Part shown: positions 19,285 through 28,490 of the stretch, in pieces
How positions within the stretch are numbered: position 1 is the stretch's first letter
Layout of the letters: each line of letters begins with the position of its first letter
Source: a virus
Reading direction: 5' to 3' (one strand)
Virus record (IMG/VR): IMGVR_UViG_3300025319_000035
DNA length: 47,574 nucleotides
Notes under the pieces: generated by a model
Databases searched by the model: none
Told to the model about the DNA's origin: nothing
The model's input: only the letters and a program-made list of their open reading frames with translations
Program-made: the position numbers and the translations under genes

Positions 19285-19475
19285 GCAGTTACTTTTCAAT
19301 TGACAATAACCCCCTAATCTTAGGGATGGGTTTATTTGTATTAGTAACTGGGATAATCATGTCAATTTTTTCAGATCACATATCCAATCTTATCCCTATC
19401 TCAATTGGTGCAATAATGATATGGATTAGTTCTACCGATCCAAGATGGACAAATGGTGTTTCAAATGAAATGTAA
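19281..19475 (+). CDS. Small 2-TM protein
   Basis: Hydrophobic hairpin. Confidence 0.55.
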   Translation: MSSYFSIDNNPLILGMGLFVLVTGIIMSIFSDHISNLIPISIGAIMIWISSTDPRWTNGVSNEM

Positions 19476-19647
19476 AGTAGATGAGGATCTATGTCCTTTC
19501 TGTGGAGGTTTATTACATTGGTATATGAGAAGGGAGCTTGTGGAAGTTGATGAATCAGATTATCAAACTGACTTTGTAGATTACCAGGAATGTGAAAATT
19601 GTAATAAAGAACCAACAGAGTCAGGAAATTATGAAGGTGTCTGGTAA
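19465..19647 (+). CDS. Zn-ribbon protein
   Basis: CPFCG...CENC. Confidence 0.6.
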   Translation: MKCKVDEDLCPFCGGLLHWYMRRELVEVDESDYQTDFVDYQECENCNKEPTESGNYEGVW

Positions 19648-20065
19648 TTTGAAAACTAAACTAGCTAAAAGGCCAAACTTCTCAGATATTGAAAGACAGG
19701 AAGAACGTTTTGATTTTACCTGTGATACTTGTCAACAAGAAATTAGACAGCCATATCTTAAAGGGCTTTGGTATCATATATTTAATTTTAGGAAAGATCC
19801 TTTTGGTTGTCAAAAACTAGTTCCAAGAAAGTATAAACCCCTTGAAAAATGGGAATGTGACCACGATTTTCGGTTTACTAAAGACCTGACAAAAGCTTTG
19901 AAATGTACCAAATGTGGGTACGCATTAAGATTTGATTTAATAGATATAGAAAGTTATCTTTCAAGTAAATTTTTCTGTTATAAATGCAAAACAGAATTTA
20001 AGATAATGAGTTCTCATATCAAAAAACATAAAAAGAAACCATTTGAGTTTCAAGTAATTCGATGA
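19592..20065 (+). CDS. Multi-Zn-finger protein (true start probably downstream)
   Basis: CDTC, CDH..CTKC and CYKC. Confidence 0.6.
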   Translation: MKIVIKNQQSQEIMKVSGNLKTKLAKRPNFSDIERQEERFDFTCDTCQQEIRQPYLKGLWYHIFNFRKDPFGCQKLVPRKYKPLEKWECDHDFRFTKDLTKALKCTKCGYALRFDLIDIESYLSSKFFCYKCKTEFKIMSSHIKKHKKKPFEFQVIR

Positions 20066-20718
20066 TTATGAATAATGCTTTACAATTCAATTGTGTTATA
20101 TGTCCAGAGAAATTTGAAAGCGATGAACAACTTTATCCTCACTACTTATTCATACATGGAATTTACAAGCAGACATGTTCAACTGATATAGCGTTAAAAC
20201 AGTTTGAGAAACAGCAGGAATTATCAAGTCGTTATGAATTGCTTAGAAGTGAATTACTTAAAGTAATACGATTCATTAAACGTGGACGATACAGTCCTCA
20301 CTTTGGTAATCTTAGTGGCCAAGTCACTCAAACTTATGACGAAAGAAAACATTATTTCCTTACGGAAGAAATCAAAATACTATTAAAAGAACTTGACACT
20401 TTAAGTGCAATCTATAGAAAAATTCCACAATCATCTTTTTACATCGAATACAAAACTTTTGATTCTTCAAAGCCTTATCACTGCCAAAAGTGTTTGCGAG
20501 GAATACATGATTTAAGGAAAGACCAAACAATCAGATCATGTAAAAAGGAAATTCATATAACATATGGCGGTAAAGGATACAGATTTCATTGTGCATGTGA
20601 TTGTAATAATAGCATCCCAAAACCACAAAAGTGTCCATTCTGTGATTTACTCACACAACAAGGTCCATTAACAAGTCATCTAATTCATAGTTTTAAAAAA
20701 AATCTGAAGTGGAATTAA
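20062..20718 (+). CDS. C2H2 Zn-finger protein
   Basis: CVICPEKF....LYPHYLFIH; CQKC..H; CPFC...LTSHLIH. Confidence 0.7.
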   Translation: MIMNNALQFNCVICPEKFESDEQLYPHYLFIHGIYKQTCSTDIALKQFEKQQELSSRYELLRSELLKVIRFIKRGRYSPHFGNLSGQVTQTYDERKHYFLTEEIKILLKELDTLSAIYRKIPQSSFYIEYKTFDSSKPYHCQKCLRGIHDLRKDQTIRSCKKEIHITYGGKGYRFHCACDCNNSIPKPQKCPFCDLLTQQGPLTSHLIHSFKKNLKWN

Positions 20719-21314
20719 TCCAACTTCAATTGGGATTTCTCTAATTTTGATTTCTCTACTTTCTCAACAGCTTCATTTAATGAAGTTCTAACACTACGAA
20801 TTACATCAAGTTGTCGTACCTTGTTGTCAAAATCTTCTTTGTTCATGTCAATGAATTCCAAGTGTGGACATACTCTTGAATGGTTTGCTTTTAGATATTC
20901 AGCGACAATGGATGGTTGTTTTTTCATAACAAGTTTCGGTGGATTATAGTGTCCTGCTGGTAATATTTTATTACCAAACTTGTAGAAAAATGCACCAACT
21001 CCACCTACCATAATCATAACAATTCCACCAGGCAAACCATTAAGAACTTGAAATAATCCACCTGCAATTAATCCACCATACAATGTGTATACTACTGCCT
21101 TGGAATGTCTTTCAAGGAATTTGAACATTCCAAAATTGAATGTAGGTAGTGAGAAGTTCTGTCGTTCAATCAATTGGAATATGAGATACATCCAACTTAG
21201 AACTGAAACAGAAAGAACTGTTGCCCAGAAGTAAGGACAAAGACGTTGCGGTACATTAGAATCATAGAACCTATGATTCAATCTGTAGTGCCAAGAATTT
21301 GTGTCAATCCTCAT
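20715..21314 (-). CDS. Membrane protein, paralog of 27249-27782
   Basis: WHYRL...LCPYFWATVLS and EYLKANHSRVCPHLEF, versus WHYKL...LCTYFWSVVLS and EFIKAKKNKVCPCIEF. Confidence 0.75.
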   Translation of the reverse strand: MRIDTNSWHYRLNHRFYDSNVPQRLCPYFWATVLSVSVLSWMYLIFQLIERQNFSLPTFNFGMFKFLERHSKAVVYTLYGGLIAGGLFQVLNGLPGGIVMIMVGGVGAFFYKFGNKILPAGHYNPPKLVMKKQPSIVAEYLKANHSRVCPHLEFIDMNKEDFDNKVRQLDVIRSVRTSLNEAVEKVEKSKLEKSQLKLD

Positions 21315-21347
21315 TGGTTTTAGAATAAACCCGATTGTAATAAAGAT

Positions 21348-21947
21348 TTATTTTGATTCTTTTCTGAAGACTGTCAGGATACGCATATCAAGATTCGGAA
21401 CACTTGTAACTCCAATTCTTGCCACACATTTTACATTATGAGGTGGTCCTTGTGGCATAGTTTGGTCTAATATTCCAACAAACCCACCTACCTTAACAAC
21501 ACGAATCATCTGTCGCAACATCTTTGATTTATTAAGTAATTTTTTAGAATAATATTTTTCTGCTGCCTCATCATTATAAGGTGGATCTGCTAATGCCCAA
21601 TCAAAAGTATCTGAAGGAACAATTTTTTCGCCTTCCATTAAAGAACCATACCTCATGGTTTCTGCATTACAGAGATAATCTGGGTTATATTTTGGATCAA
21701 TATCCAAAGTCATGCCTTCTGATTTAGGTACACGTCCTGCACAAACATGAATGATTTTTGGGTTAAGAGGGATATAATTTGCAAAAGCTGTTTTCCAGTT
21801 AGATAGAAATCCTGCTGGATAAGCTCCATCAAATTTCACTCCATTCGCATCTTTAGAAGTTGGACCACAAAGCCAAAGATCAGCAATTATTTTAAATCTG
21901 GTATTAACATATTGATACTGATCTAATTTAACGTCTTCAACAAGCAT
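21348..21947 (-). CDS. Minimal amino-(N6A/N4C) DNA methyltransferase-like protein
   Basis: IIHVCAG...TLDID (motif I region) and ALADPPY (motif IV). Confidence 0.75.
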   Translation of the reverse strand: MLVEDVKLDQYQYVNTRFKIIADLWLCGPTSKDANGVKFDGAYPAGFLSNWKTAFANYIPLNPKIIHVCAGRVPKSEGMTLDIDPKYNPDYLCNAETMRYGSLMEGEKIVPSDTFDWALADPPYNDEAAEKYYSKKLLNKSKMLRQMIRVVKVGGFVGILDQTMPQGPPHNVKCVARIGVTSVPNLDMRILTVFRKESK

Positions 21948-21951
21948 TTTC

Positions 21952-21994
21952 TTATCTTAGATAATCCCATTAAAAGCTCTTTCGGTTTTAATAG
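21952..21994. promoter_or_regulatory. Divergent promoter with palindromic operator candidate
   Basis: TTATCT-T-AGATAA palindrome (21952-21964) and inverted ATTAAAA...TTTTAAT boxes between divergent genes. Confidence 0.45.
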
Positions 21995-22036
21995 ATCAAC
22001 CAAAAATCCTATAAACTTGAACATTATTCCAAAGCT

Positions 22037-22312
22037 ATGTTCTCAGCTTTTTCAGCTACAAGCTGTCCTGAGTGTCATGGACGAGGAGAAGTTGTAACAG
22101 CCTACATTTGTTTTGGTCCAAATCCACGACATGAAACAATGAAATGCTTTAGCTGTGAAGGTTCAGGAAGCTTAGAAAGTTATATTTTAAATAAATTAGA
22201 GAAGGACTGTCACTGTGTAAAACATCGTAAGTATTGGGGTAATCTATTATTTGATATTGGTATGAAGCATGTCATGACAAGAAACAGAAAAAGAATTATT
22301 GGATCTAGTTAG
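22037..22312 (+). CDS. DnaJ-type Cys-rich Zn finger protein
   Basis: CPECHGRG...CFSCEGSG (CxxCxGxG twice). Confidence 0.6.
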   Translation: MFSAFSATSCPECHGRGEVVTAYICFGPNPRHETMKCFSCEGSGSLESYILNKLEKDCHCVKHRKYWGNLLFDIGMKHVMTRNRKRIIGSS

Positions 22313-22502
22313 TTTTCGTTTGCTTTATTTTTGGACATTTCATCCATGCGATTAAATATAATATTCCAAAAATAACTCCTGTAACCACTGCATTTTCTGT
22401 ACCGATTACTTTTGTTCCATTATCGGTAACTGCATATACTGCTATAGTTTGGGCTATTACAATACAAAATATTACTGCATATTTTATTAGATTCTCATTC
22501 AT
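22305..22502 (-). CDS. Small 2-TM protein
   Basis: Hydrophobic hairpin. Confidence 0.5.
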   Translation of the reverse strand: MNENLIKYAVIFCIVIAQTIAVYAVTDNGTKVIGTENAVVTGVIFGILYLIAWMKCPKIKQTKTN

Positions 22503-22599
22503 TTCCTCAAACCTTTATTGATTCGCGGTGCAACAAATATCACAAACACAACCATCAGACCAAAACCAACTATCGGCAGAAAGTGCCAATCAAGTGTTT

Positions 22600-22983
22600 C
22601 TAATCAGACCACCTTGGGAAATTCTTTAACTCTTGCTGGTTTAATCCTTTTTCTATTATGTATTTGGTCGGCACTTTATATGCAATTCCTGTTTCATCAT
22701 CAACAACCTTCTTAAATTTTTCAAATACCTTCTCAATATCAGCAACTAGTTTATCATGACATTCATCAGAACATGTTGTCTTTTGCATATTTGTAACATC
22801 AGCATCACAACACTTACTCTTAATATCAAGCAACTTTAATTCATTTAACTTACTACCAATTTCATTTTTAATTTTATATTCACAGGGTTTTCCACATTTA
22901 GTACATACCCAAAAACTATTGGCAACCAAAGGTTTGCTACAACAGACACATAGGTATTTGAGCTGATTTTCTAATTCAACCAT
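22600..22983 (-). CDS. Zn-binding protein
   Basis: CVCC..CTKC and SKCC..CSDECH. Confidence 0.65.
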   Translation of the reverse strand: MVELENQLKYLCVCCSKPLVANSFWVCTKCGKPCEYKIKNEIGSKLNELKLLDIKSKCCDADVTNMQKTTCSDECHDKLVADIEKVFEKFKKVVDDETGIAYKVPTKYIIEKGLNQQELKNFPRWSD

Positions 22984-23203
22984 GTTTAATACTCGTAAAA
23001 TACCCTTTTATTTCTATTTCTTCTTTTCGTTCATTAATTACAGCCTCATAATTGCTAACAGCGTTTCTAATATTAGACAAACAAAATTCGGAAAAGCTTC
23101 TATAACTTTCCCATGCTACATCCTCGGTACGTATCTTTTCAAACCTTTCGGCTAGAACCTTTGGAATTTTGATACTGGTATCTTTCTTAGGAGTGTAAAA
23201 CAT
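22976..23203 (-). CDS. Ribbon-helix-helix (CopG/Arc-like) transcription regulator
   Basis: TSIKIPKVLAERFEKI....YRSFSEFCLSNIRNAV fits the RHH beta-alpha-alpha pattern. Confidence 0.7.
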   Translation of the reverse strand: MFYTPKKDTSIKIPKVLAERFEKIRTEDVAWESYRSFSEFCLSNIRNAVSNYEAVINERKEEIEIKGYFTSIKHG

Positions 23204-23396
23204 ATCCCTTTTGCTTTAATAATTTGTAGGTCTTTCTAATTCTAGCCAATCTTTTCACCTGAGTATTAGACATTTTTGTTCCACCCATTACATCTAAAAA
23301 ATGCTTTTTACAATAAATAGAATGATGATAACCATTCTTTCGATTACAAAAAGTCAGGTCATCAAATAAATGATGGCACTTGTTATCATAGTACAT
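23187..23396 (-). CDS. Small basic Cys/His protein
   Basis: CHH...C...YCKKH. Confidence 0.5.
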   Translation of the reverse strand: MYYDNKCHHLFDDLTFCNRKNGYHHSIYCKKHFLDVMGGTKMSNTQVKRLARIRKTYKLLKQKGYVLHS

Positions 23397-24701
23397 CTAC
23401 ATCATTTCTGATGATCTAGTTTTTCTTGGTGGTGCATTTGTGCTTGACGATGATGCAGTAGTTGATTTGGGGGAGGTTGTAATTACTTTTGCATCAGACT
23501 CATTAATTACCAAAGTAGGGCTGATTCCCTCTTTTGTTAAAATAATCTTTGAATTATTTTGTAATGATGCCTGTGTTACTTCCAACTGTTTTAACAGAAC
23601 TGCATTTTCAACAAAGAAAGTCTTTGCAGCAGTATTAACTAATTCAATTTGTTTTGCATTTGCTTCTGCAACAGTAATTATTGCCTTGGCCTGTCCTTCC
23701 GCTTCCAATATTTGTGATTGTTTAATTCCTTCTGATGCTTTGATTCTTGCTCTCTTTTCACCATCTGCCTTTGTTTCAACAGCAGTAGCAAAATCAATTT
23801 CAGCATCTTTTGTATTCTGTGCTTGAATAACTCGGTTCATTGTTTCTTGAACATTTCCTGGTGGCTTGATTTCTTTTAACTCAGAACGAACTATACCAAT
23901 ACCCCAACCTTCAGTTTGTTTTCCAATTATTGCTAGAATATCAGAATTAAGCTCATTTCTTTTAGAGTTTACATCTTTGAAAACCTTAGTACCAATTACG
24001 TTTCTCAGTGTTGTTCTTGCAAGCTGAACTATCTGATCGTGGTAATTATTTACACTGTATAACGCATTTTTTAAACTTAATTCATCATCCTTAACCTTAA
24101 AATAAATCTGAGCATCAACTTCCGCGTTTAAGTTATCCGAAGTAATAGTTTCTTGTTTTTCAACATCAACTAATTGTTCAGTAATGTTAATCTTGTATAA
24201 CTTTTGAATTATAGGAATAATCCAAGTAATACCAGACGCTTGAAATCTACTATATTTACCAAGTGTTTCAATTGCAGCCCTGTGAGTTGGCCTGATTATT
24301 TTGATACCAGATAAGAGAAATATTGCTACAATAATTGCCAAAAATGTGTATCCAACCCAACTCCAATCAAAACCCATTCCTTCAAATGCCAAGGGCGATT
24401 CCCCTGTGGTGTTGGTTAAAATCATTTCGTCCACTATTGGATTGTCGTATTGAAGCCAATTCCACATTGGATTTCCCATCCAGTATGATCCTACGATTAA
24501 GATAATTGCAAATGCTATAACTAAAATTCCAATTCCTACCGAGTTGCTGACATTTCCATCTCCATAATCTCCACCCTCGTCTTTCGGACGTTTCGGACGA
24601 TCTGGATAATCGGAGTTCCAAGGAACGTGTGTAGGGGGAATATTCCAATCGTTCTCCGATCGTGCAGATCGGTCTTTCATATGATAATTCCTGAATGACA
24701 T
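23397..24701 (-). CDS. SPFH/band-7 (stomatin/QmcA-like) protein with N-terminal extension
   Basis: IIRPTHRAAIETLGKY...ETITSDNLNAEVDAQIYFKV...GIGIVRSELKEIKPP; C-terminal AE-rich coiled coil; two N-terminal TM. Confidence 0.9.
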   Translation of the reverse strand: MSFRNYHMKDRSARSENDWNIPPTHVPWNSDYPDRPKRPKDEGGDYGDGNVSNSVGIGILVIAFAIILIVGSYWMGNPMWNWLQYDNPIVDEMILTNTTGESPLAFEGMGFDWSWVGYTFLAIIVAIFLLSGIKIIRPTHRAAIETLGKYSRFQASGITWIIPIIQKLYKINITEQLVDVEKQETITSDNLNAEVDAQIYFKVKDDELSLKNALYSVNNYHDQIVQLARTTLRNVIGTKVFKDVNSKRNELNSDILAIIGKQTEGWGIGIVRSELKEIKPPGNVQETMNRVIQAQNTKDAEIDFATAVETKADGEKRARIKASEGIKQSQILEAEGQAKAIITVAEANAKQIELVNTAAKTFFVENAVLLKQLEVTQASLQNNSKIILTKEGISPTLVINESDAKVITTSPKSTTASSSSTNAPPRKTRSSEMM

Positions 24702-24787
24702 TCAACCCAGCAAGTGTAATTAATCTGAATTAATAAAGTATTCTAAAACTTATAACTTTCCACAATACTTATAATACATTATTTCAA
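24702..24787. promoter_or_regulatory. Divergent promoter region
   Basis: AT-rich gap between divergent genes with ACTTATAA repeated twice. Confidence 0.4.
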
Positions 24788-25069
24788 GTGAAAGTAATGG
24801 TGAGGGCTACAAGTAAATCATCAAAAACGAAAACGATCACCTTAGAAGAAGCTCAAAGAATCGAATTTGATGAAAGAAGAAGATTTCTAGCGTACATTCA
24901 ACATCAAATTTTACAAGCAGTAGTAGAACTTTATGAGTCAGGATTAGGTAAAGGTCTTGTTGCATATGGAAGAATTACAGCTTATCGTGATCTTTTATAT
25001 CGATTGGAAGACGTAACAGGAAAAGATTTCGGAGTGACATTTGTGGTTAAAGTAAACGAAGGTGATTAA
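24788..25069 (+). CDS. Hypothetical protein
   Basis: First gene of the rightward block. Confidence 0.55.
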   Translation: MKVMVRATSKSSKTKTITLEEAQRIEFDERRRFLAYIQHQILQAVVELYESGLGKGLVAYGRITAYRDLLYRLEDVTGKDFGVTFVVKVNEGD

Positions 25070-25252
25070 ATGGAAGAACCAAAGATACCAGAAGAACCAA
25101 AATTACCAGACAAACCAGTTGACACACCTCCTCACAAATCTCAAAAACCAATGATGTCATTATTCAAAAACAAATGGGCAAGAATAACTTTACTTGGAAT
25201 GGCAGGTTTAGTTTTAATGGTTTGGGTTGCTGCTGCAATTTCAAAACCGTAG
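25070..25252 (+). CDS. Pro-rich tail-anchored membrane protein
   Basis: EEPKIPEEPKLP; C-terminal TM. Confidence 0.55.
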   Translation: MEEPKIPEEPKLPDKPVDTPPHKSQKPMMSLFKNKWARITLLGMAGLVLMVWVAAAISKP

Positions 25253-25284
25253 ATATTATAAGTATGGACTAGCAAGGACTTACG

Positions 25285-25503
25285 ATGAAGGGCTTTGGCA
25301 AAAAAATTATTTTTGGAATTGCCCTGATTATCAGCATTGATGTTGCTTTAGTTTTGATGTTCTTTTCTGAAATATCAAAAGATTTATGGATGCCCGAATT
25401 ATTTTTGTTTGCAATTAAAGGCGGAGTTATTTTGTGGTTAGTGTTAAATGTAAGAGAGTCAAAACGTAGAAAAGAAGAAAATGCAAAGAGGAAAAACAAT
25501 TGA
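25285..25503 (+). CDS. Small 2-TM protein
   Basis: Hydrophobic hairpin. Confidence 0.55.
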   Translation: MKGFGKKIIFGIALIISIDVALVLMFFSEISKDLWMPELFLFAIKGGVILWLVLNVRESKRRKEENAKRKNN

Positions 25504-25790
25504 ACCATCCATTTCTAAATAGGCATTTCTGGTCAATACTGGCATTAGCCTCAATCCCGATAGTTCTCTTTGTCCAACTTTTTACAACAATTGATCCGAT
25601 TAGTGTCATAACATACCAAGTTCCTTTATTAATTGGGTTATTGATTGCCCAGAAAATATTTTACAGGTATAGAATGGATTTATGTAAAAGATGTAACATC
25701 CAAAGGGAGTTTCATAATAAGTCAAAATATCCAGAATTACATCTAGTTTGTGATAACTTTGTAAAATTTCACCAGGAGAAGTTTAGATGA
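25500..25790 (+). CDS. 2-TM protein with C-terminal C/H Zn motif
   Basis: CKRC...H...H..C. Confidence 0.55.
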   Translation: MNHPFLNRHFWSILALASIPIVLFVQLFTTIDPISVITYQVPLLIGLLIAQKIFYRYRMDLCKRCNIQREFHNKSKYPELHLVCDNFVKFHQEKFR

Positions 25791-26329
25791 ACATTCAACA
25801 ATATGAAGAAAAAATTGCTGAATGGGATATGTATCCCGATGACATCAAACCAACAATCTATCTGCTTGGCGATTTTGGCGAGCTGGGAGAATTGATAGAA
25901 AAAATAATTGATCATTATGAGAAATTTAAAAAGATAGAAAAGCGACAGATGAAACTTGCATTGGAAATCGGAGATGTATATTGGTACATATTTCGCTTTA
26001 TGAACGCATTAGGATTTAGCTATATTGAGATCATGAAAATTAAAGTGGGAATTAAAAAAAGCAAAAACCCATTGATTACATTACTTAGAGTGGTAGTCCA
26101 AGTTGGAAAAATCTCAAATGATTTTAAAAAGATATTTCGTGATCATGGGGGAAGGCTAGATAAAAGACAGATGGAATACGCTATAAGAATTGCAAAATTA
26201 CTGAGATATTTGAATCATTTTCTAGTCCAGATCGGCTTTACATTTGACGAGGTGATCGAAATGAATTATGAAAAGTTAGAGTCACGATTTCAAAGAAATA
26301 AAATAAAGGGTGTAGGAGATGGACGCTAA
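25787..26329 (+). CDS. MazG-like NTP pyrophosphohydrolase (internally duplicated)
   Basis: GDFGELGE...LEIGDVYWY; C-terminal NYEKLESR..RNKIKGVGDGR typical of viral MazG-like proteins. Confidence 0.8.
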   Translation: MNIQQYEEKIAEWDMYPDDIKPTIYLLGDFGELGELIEKIIDHYEKFKKIEKRQMKLALEIGDVYWYIFRFMNALGFSYIEIMKIKVGIKKSKNPLITLLRVVVQVGKISNDFKKIFRDHGGRLDKRQMEYAIRIAKLLRYLNHFLVQIGFTFDEVIEMNYEKLESRFQRNKIKGVGDGR

Positions 26330-27252
26330 TGGAAACTATACTTATAGAAAAAAAATGGAAAAAAATGACAAAAAGACAAATAATTAAATCAAGAATAACA
26401 AGTCAGAATAGATATAACAGAAAAGAAAATGGGTTTAGATCCTTTTTTAAAAGAATTGAGGATGAAAGATTAGCAACTTTACCCATGTTCGATAAATTAC
26501 AAGGAATAATAATGAGTGATGGACATTTATCACCTGTAAGTATTACAGGCAAATCCTGTTTCAGATTAACACAACGTTATGATCGATATGAATTAATTCA
26601 AACAACCCGAGATTTTTTAAATAGTTTAGGATTCATAACATATGAACGAGAATTTATTATAGAAAATCTTGCAACAAAATATGTTCAATTAGCAACATAT
26701 CATTATACTTACTTTGGTAATCTTAGAAAACAGTGGTATAAAAATGGAAATGGAAAAAAGTATGTATCTGATAGATTTACCTTAAATGAAAAAAGTCTTG
26801 CATATTGGTTTATGTGTGATGGTTCGGCAAAAAGACAAGGAAATGTAACTATTATTCATTTAGCAACATATGGGTTCGATGAAAAAAGTAATAGCAATCT
26901 GCTTAGCGAATTAAAACGATTAGGTTTAAAAGCAATATTAACAAATTCAAAGAATGGATATTATATTAACATAAACCAGAAAGAATCAGTTTTTCGATTT
27001 TATGATTTAATATCACCATATATTTTAGATTGTTTCAAATACAAAATTAAAGAACCAAAAGTAATATTAACAAAAAAACAAACAATAACAAAATTCCAAA
27101 ACCAACTAAATAATTATTTAGATTACGTAAAAGGTTTTTGTTATCTGGGATATTCAAAAAGAAAGAAAAAATATGTTCTAAAAATGTCCAAAAGAACTTG
27201 GTGGATTAGAAGAACAAGAAAAAAAATGGAGCTACAGGGTAGAGCCGAATGA
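26329..27252 (+). CDS. Free-standing LAGLIDADG homing endonuclease
   Basis: Two motifs, LQGIIMSDGHL and LAYWFMCDGS (LAGLIDADG_2-type); Lys-rich flanks. Confidence 0.85.
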   Translation: METILIEKKWKKMTKRQIIKSRITSQNRYNRKENGFRSFFKRIEDERLATLPMFDKLQGIIMSDGHLSPVSITGKSCFRLTQRYDRYELIQTTRDFLNSLGFITYEREFIIENLATKYVQLATYHYTYFGNLRKQWYKNGNGKKYVSDRFTLNEKSLAYWFMCDGSAKRQGNVTIIHLATYGFDEKSNSNLLSELKRLGLKAILTNSKNGYYININQKESVFRFYDLISPYILDCFKYKIKEPKVILTKKQTITKFQNQLNNYLDYVKGFCYLGYSKRKKKYVLKMSKRTWWIRRTRKKMELQGRAE

Positions 27253-27782
27253 CAGAACAGATTGATAGTTGTCTAAAGTTTAGCAAAGGCTGGCATTACA
27301 AACTTGTTCTGTATGTTTGGGGAAGAAGTTATTTTAACGATTGGGGTGATCCAAAATATGTAAAAAGAATAAGCTTATGCACATATTTTTGGTCAGTTGT
27401 CTTAAGCATATTCATGTATCCAGTTTCAATAATTTGGCATACAAGGCTAGTTCAAAATCATGAAGACTTGTCTAAAGCAATTGGTATTTGGATTTTAATT
27501 TCAACGTTTGTTCAAATTCTTATAGTTGTTTTAGCAGGACTGTCTGAGTGGTGGTGGATAGGATTAGCAATATTCTTTGGTGGAATTGGTGCTGGTGCAG
27601 GAGTAGCTGGTGCAGTAATTGGTGCTGGATACTTGTATGATAGAATCAAATATTATCGAAGACGAAGGTATGAAGAAGTTGTAAGAAAACCCAGAAAGCC
27701 TTCATTAATAAAGGAGTTTATCAAGGCAAAGAAAAACAAGGTCTGCCCATGTATAGAATTTGTAGATGAGGATAAAGAATGA
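27249..27782 (+). CDS. Membrane protein, paralog of 20715-21314
   Basis: WHY...CxYFW and KAxxxxVCPxxEF motifs. Confidence 0.75.
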   Translation: MTEQIDSCLKFSKGWHYKLVLYVWGRSYFNDWGDPKYVKRISLCTYFWSVVLSIFMYPVSIIWHTRLVQNHEDLSKAIGIWILISTFVQILIVVLAGLSEWWWIGLAIFFGGIGAGAGVAGAVIGAGYLYDRIKYYRRRRYEEVVRKPRKPSLIKEFIKAKKNKVCPCIEFVDEDKE

Positions 27783-28180
27783 ATACAGAAATCGATGGGC
27801 CACTAGCAGTTTGGGGAGGCAGAATTATGTCAATCATAGGAGTCTTCGGAGTCTTACTTCCAGTAATATATTTTACAACAGGTATTAATTTAATTCCTGG
27901 AATTCGTGGTGATGGAATTCTAGGATTTGGTGCAATTCTTGCATCAGTATTTGGTGCGATAGGTGGAGCTTTGCTAATTAAAACAAGAGCAGAAAAGGGA
28001 TGGAAAAAGAAAAGGAAAAGTGATCCATGCAAATCTGTTCAAGAAACTGGCAAACATGATTGGACAGAGAAAAGAGAATCAATAAAACATACAACCTACG
28101 GAATGGAATTTCCAGCAAAATGTAAAACGTGTGGGTTGGATACAACAATGCAGTATACATTTGATGGAGAAAAGAAATGA
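27779..28180 (+). CDS. 2-TM protein with C-terminal Zn finger
   Basis: C..HDW...CKTCG. Confidence 0.6.
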   Translation: MNTEIDGPLAVWGGRIMSIIGVFGVLLPVIYFTTGINLIPGIRGDGILGFGAILASVFGAIGGALLIKTRAEKGWKKKRKSDPCKSVQETGKHDWTEKRESIKHTTYGMEFPAKCKTCGLDTTMQYTFDGEKK

Positions 28181-28265
28181 AGTTTGACGCAAATGTTGCA
28201 ATCTGCATTGGTGCAATAGCTATTACAATTTTAATGGTAATCATATTCAAGTTGGAGGCAGGAGT

Positions 28266-28490
28266 ATGAAACTTGGAAATTTAATCGGATTAATTATGTT
28301 AGCAATAGGATCAATCGGTGTATTATATGGTATATCATTAAACGATGACAGTTCATTTGGCGTAACTGTAATTGTTGGAGCTTGTACCTTTCCTATAGCA
28401 CTAGCCTTTTTTCACAAGACAAGGAATCCAATACTAGGTAAAGACTGGCTACAAAAGGAAATTAATCTAGGAGGTTCAATTGAATCCTGA
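28266..28490 (+). CDS. Small 2-TM protein
   Basis: Hydrophobic hairpin after GGAG. Confidence 0.55.
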   Translation: MKLGNLIGLIMLAIGSIGVLYGISLNDDSSFGVTVIVGACTFPIALAFFHKTRNPILGKDWLQKEINLGGSIES

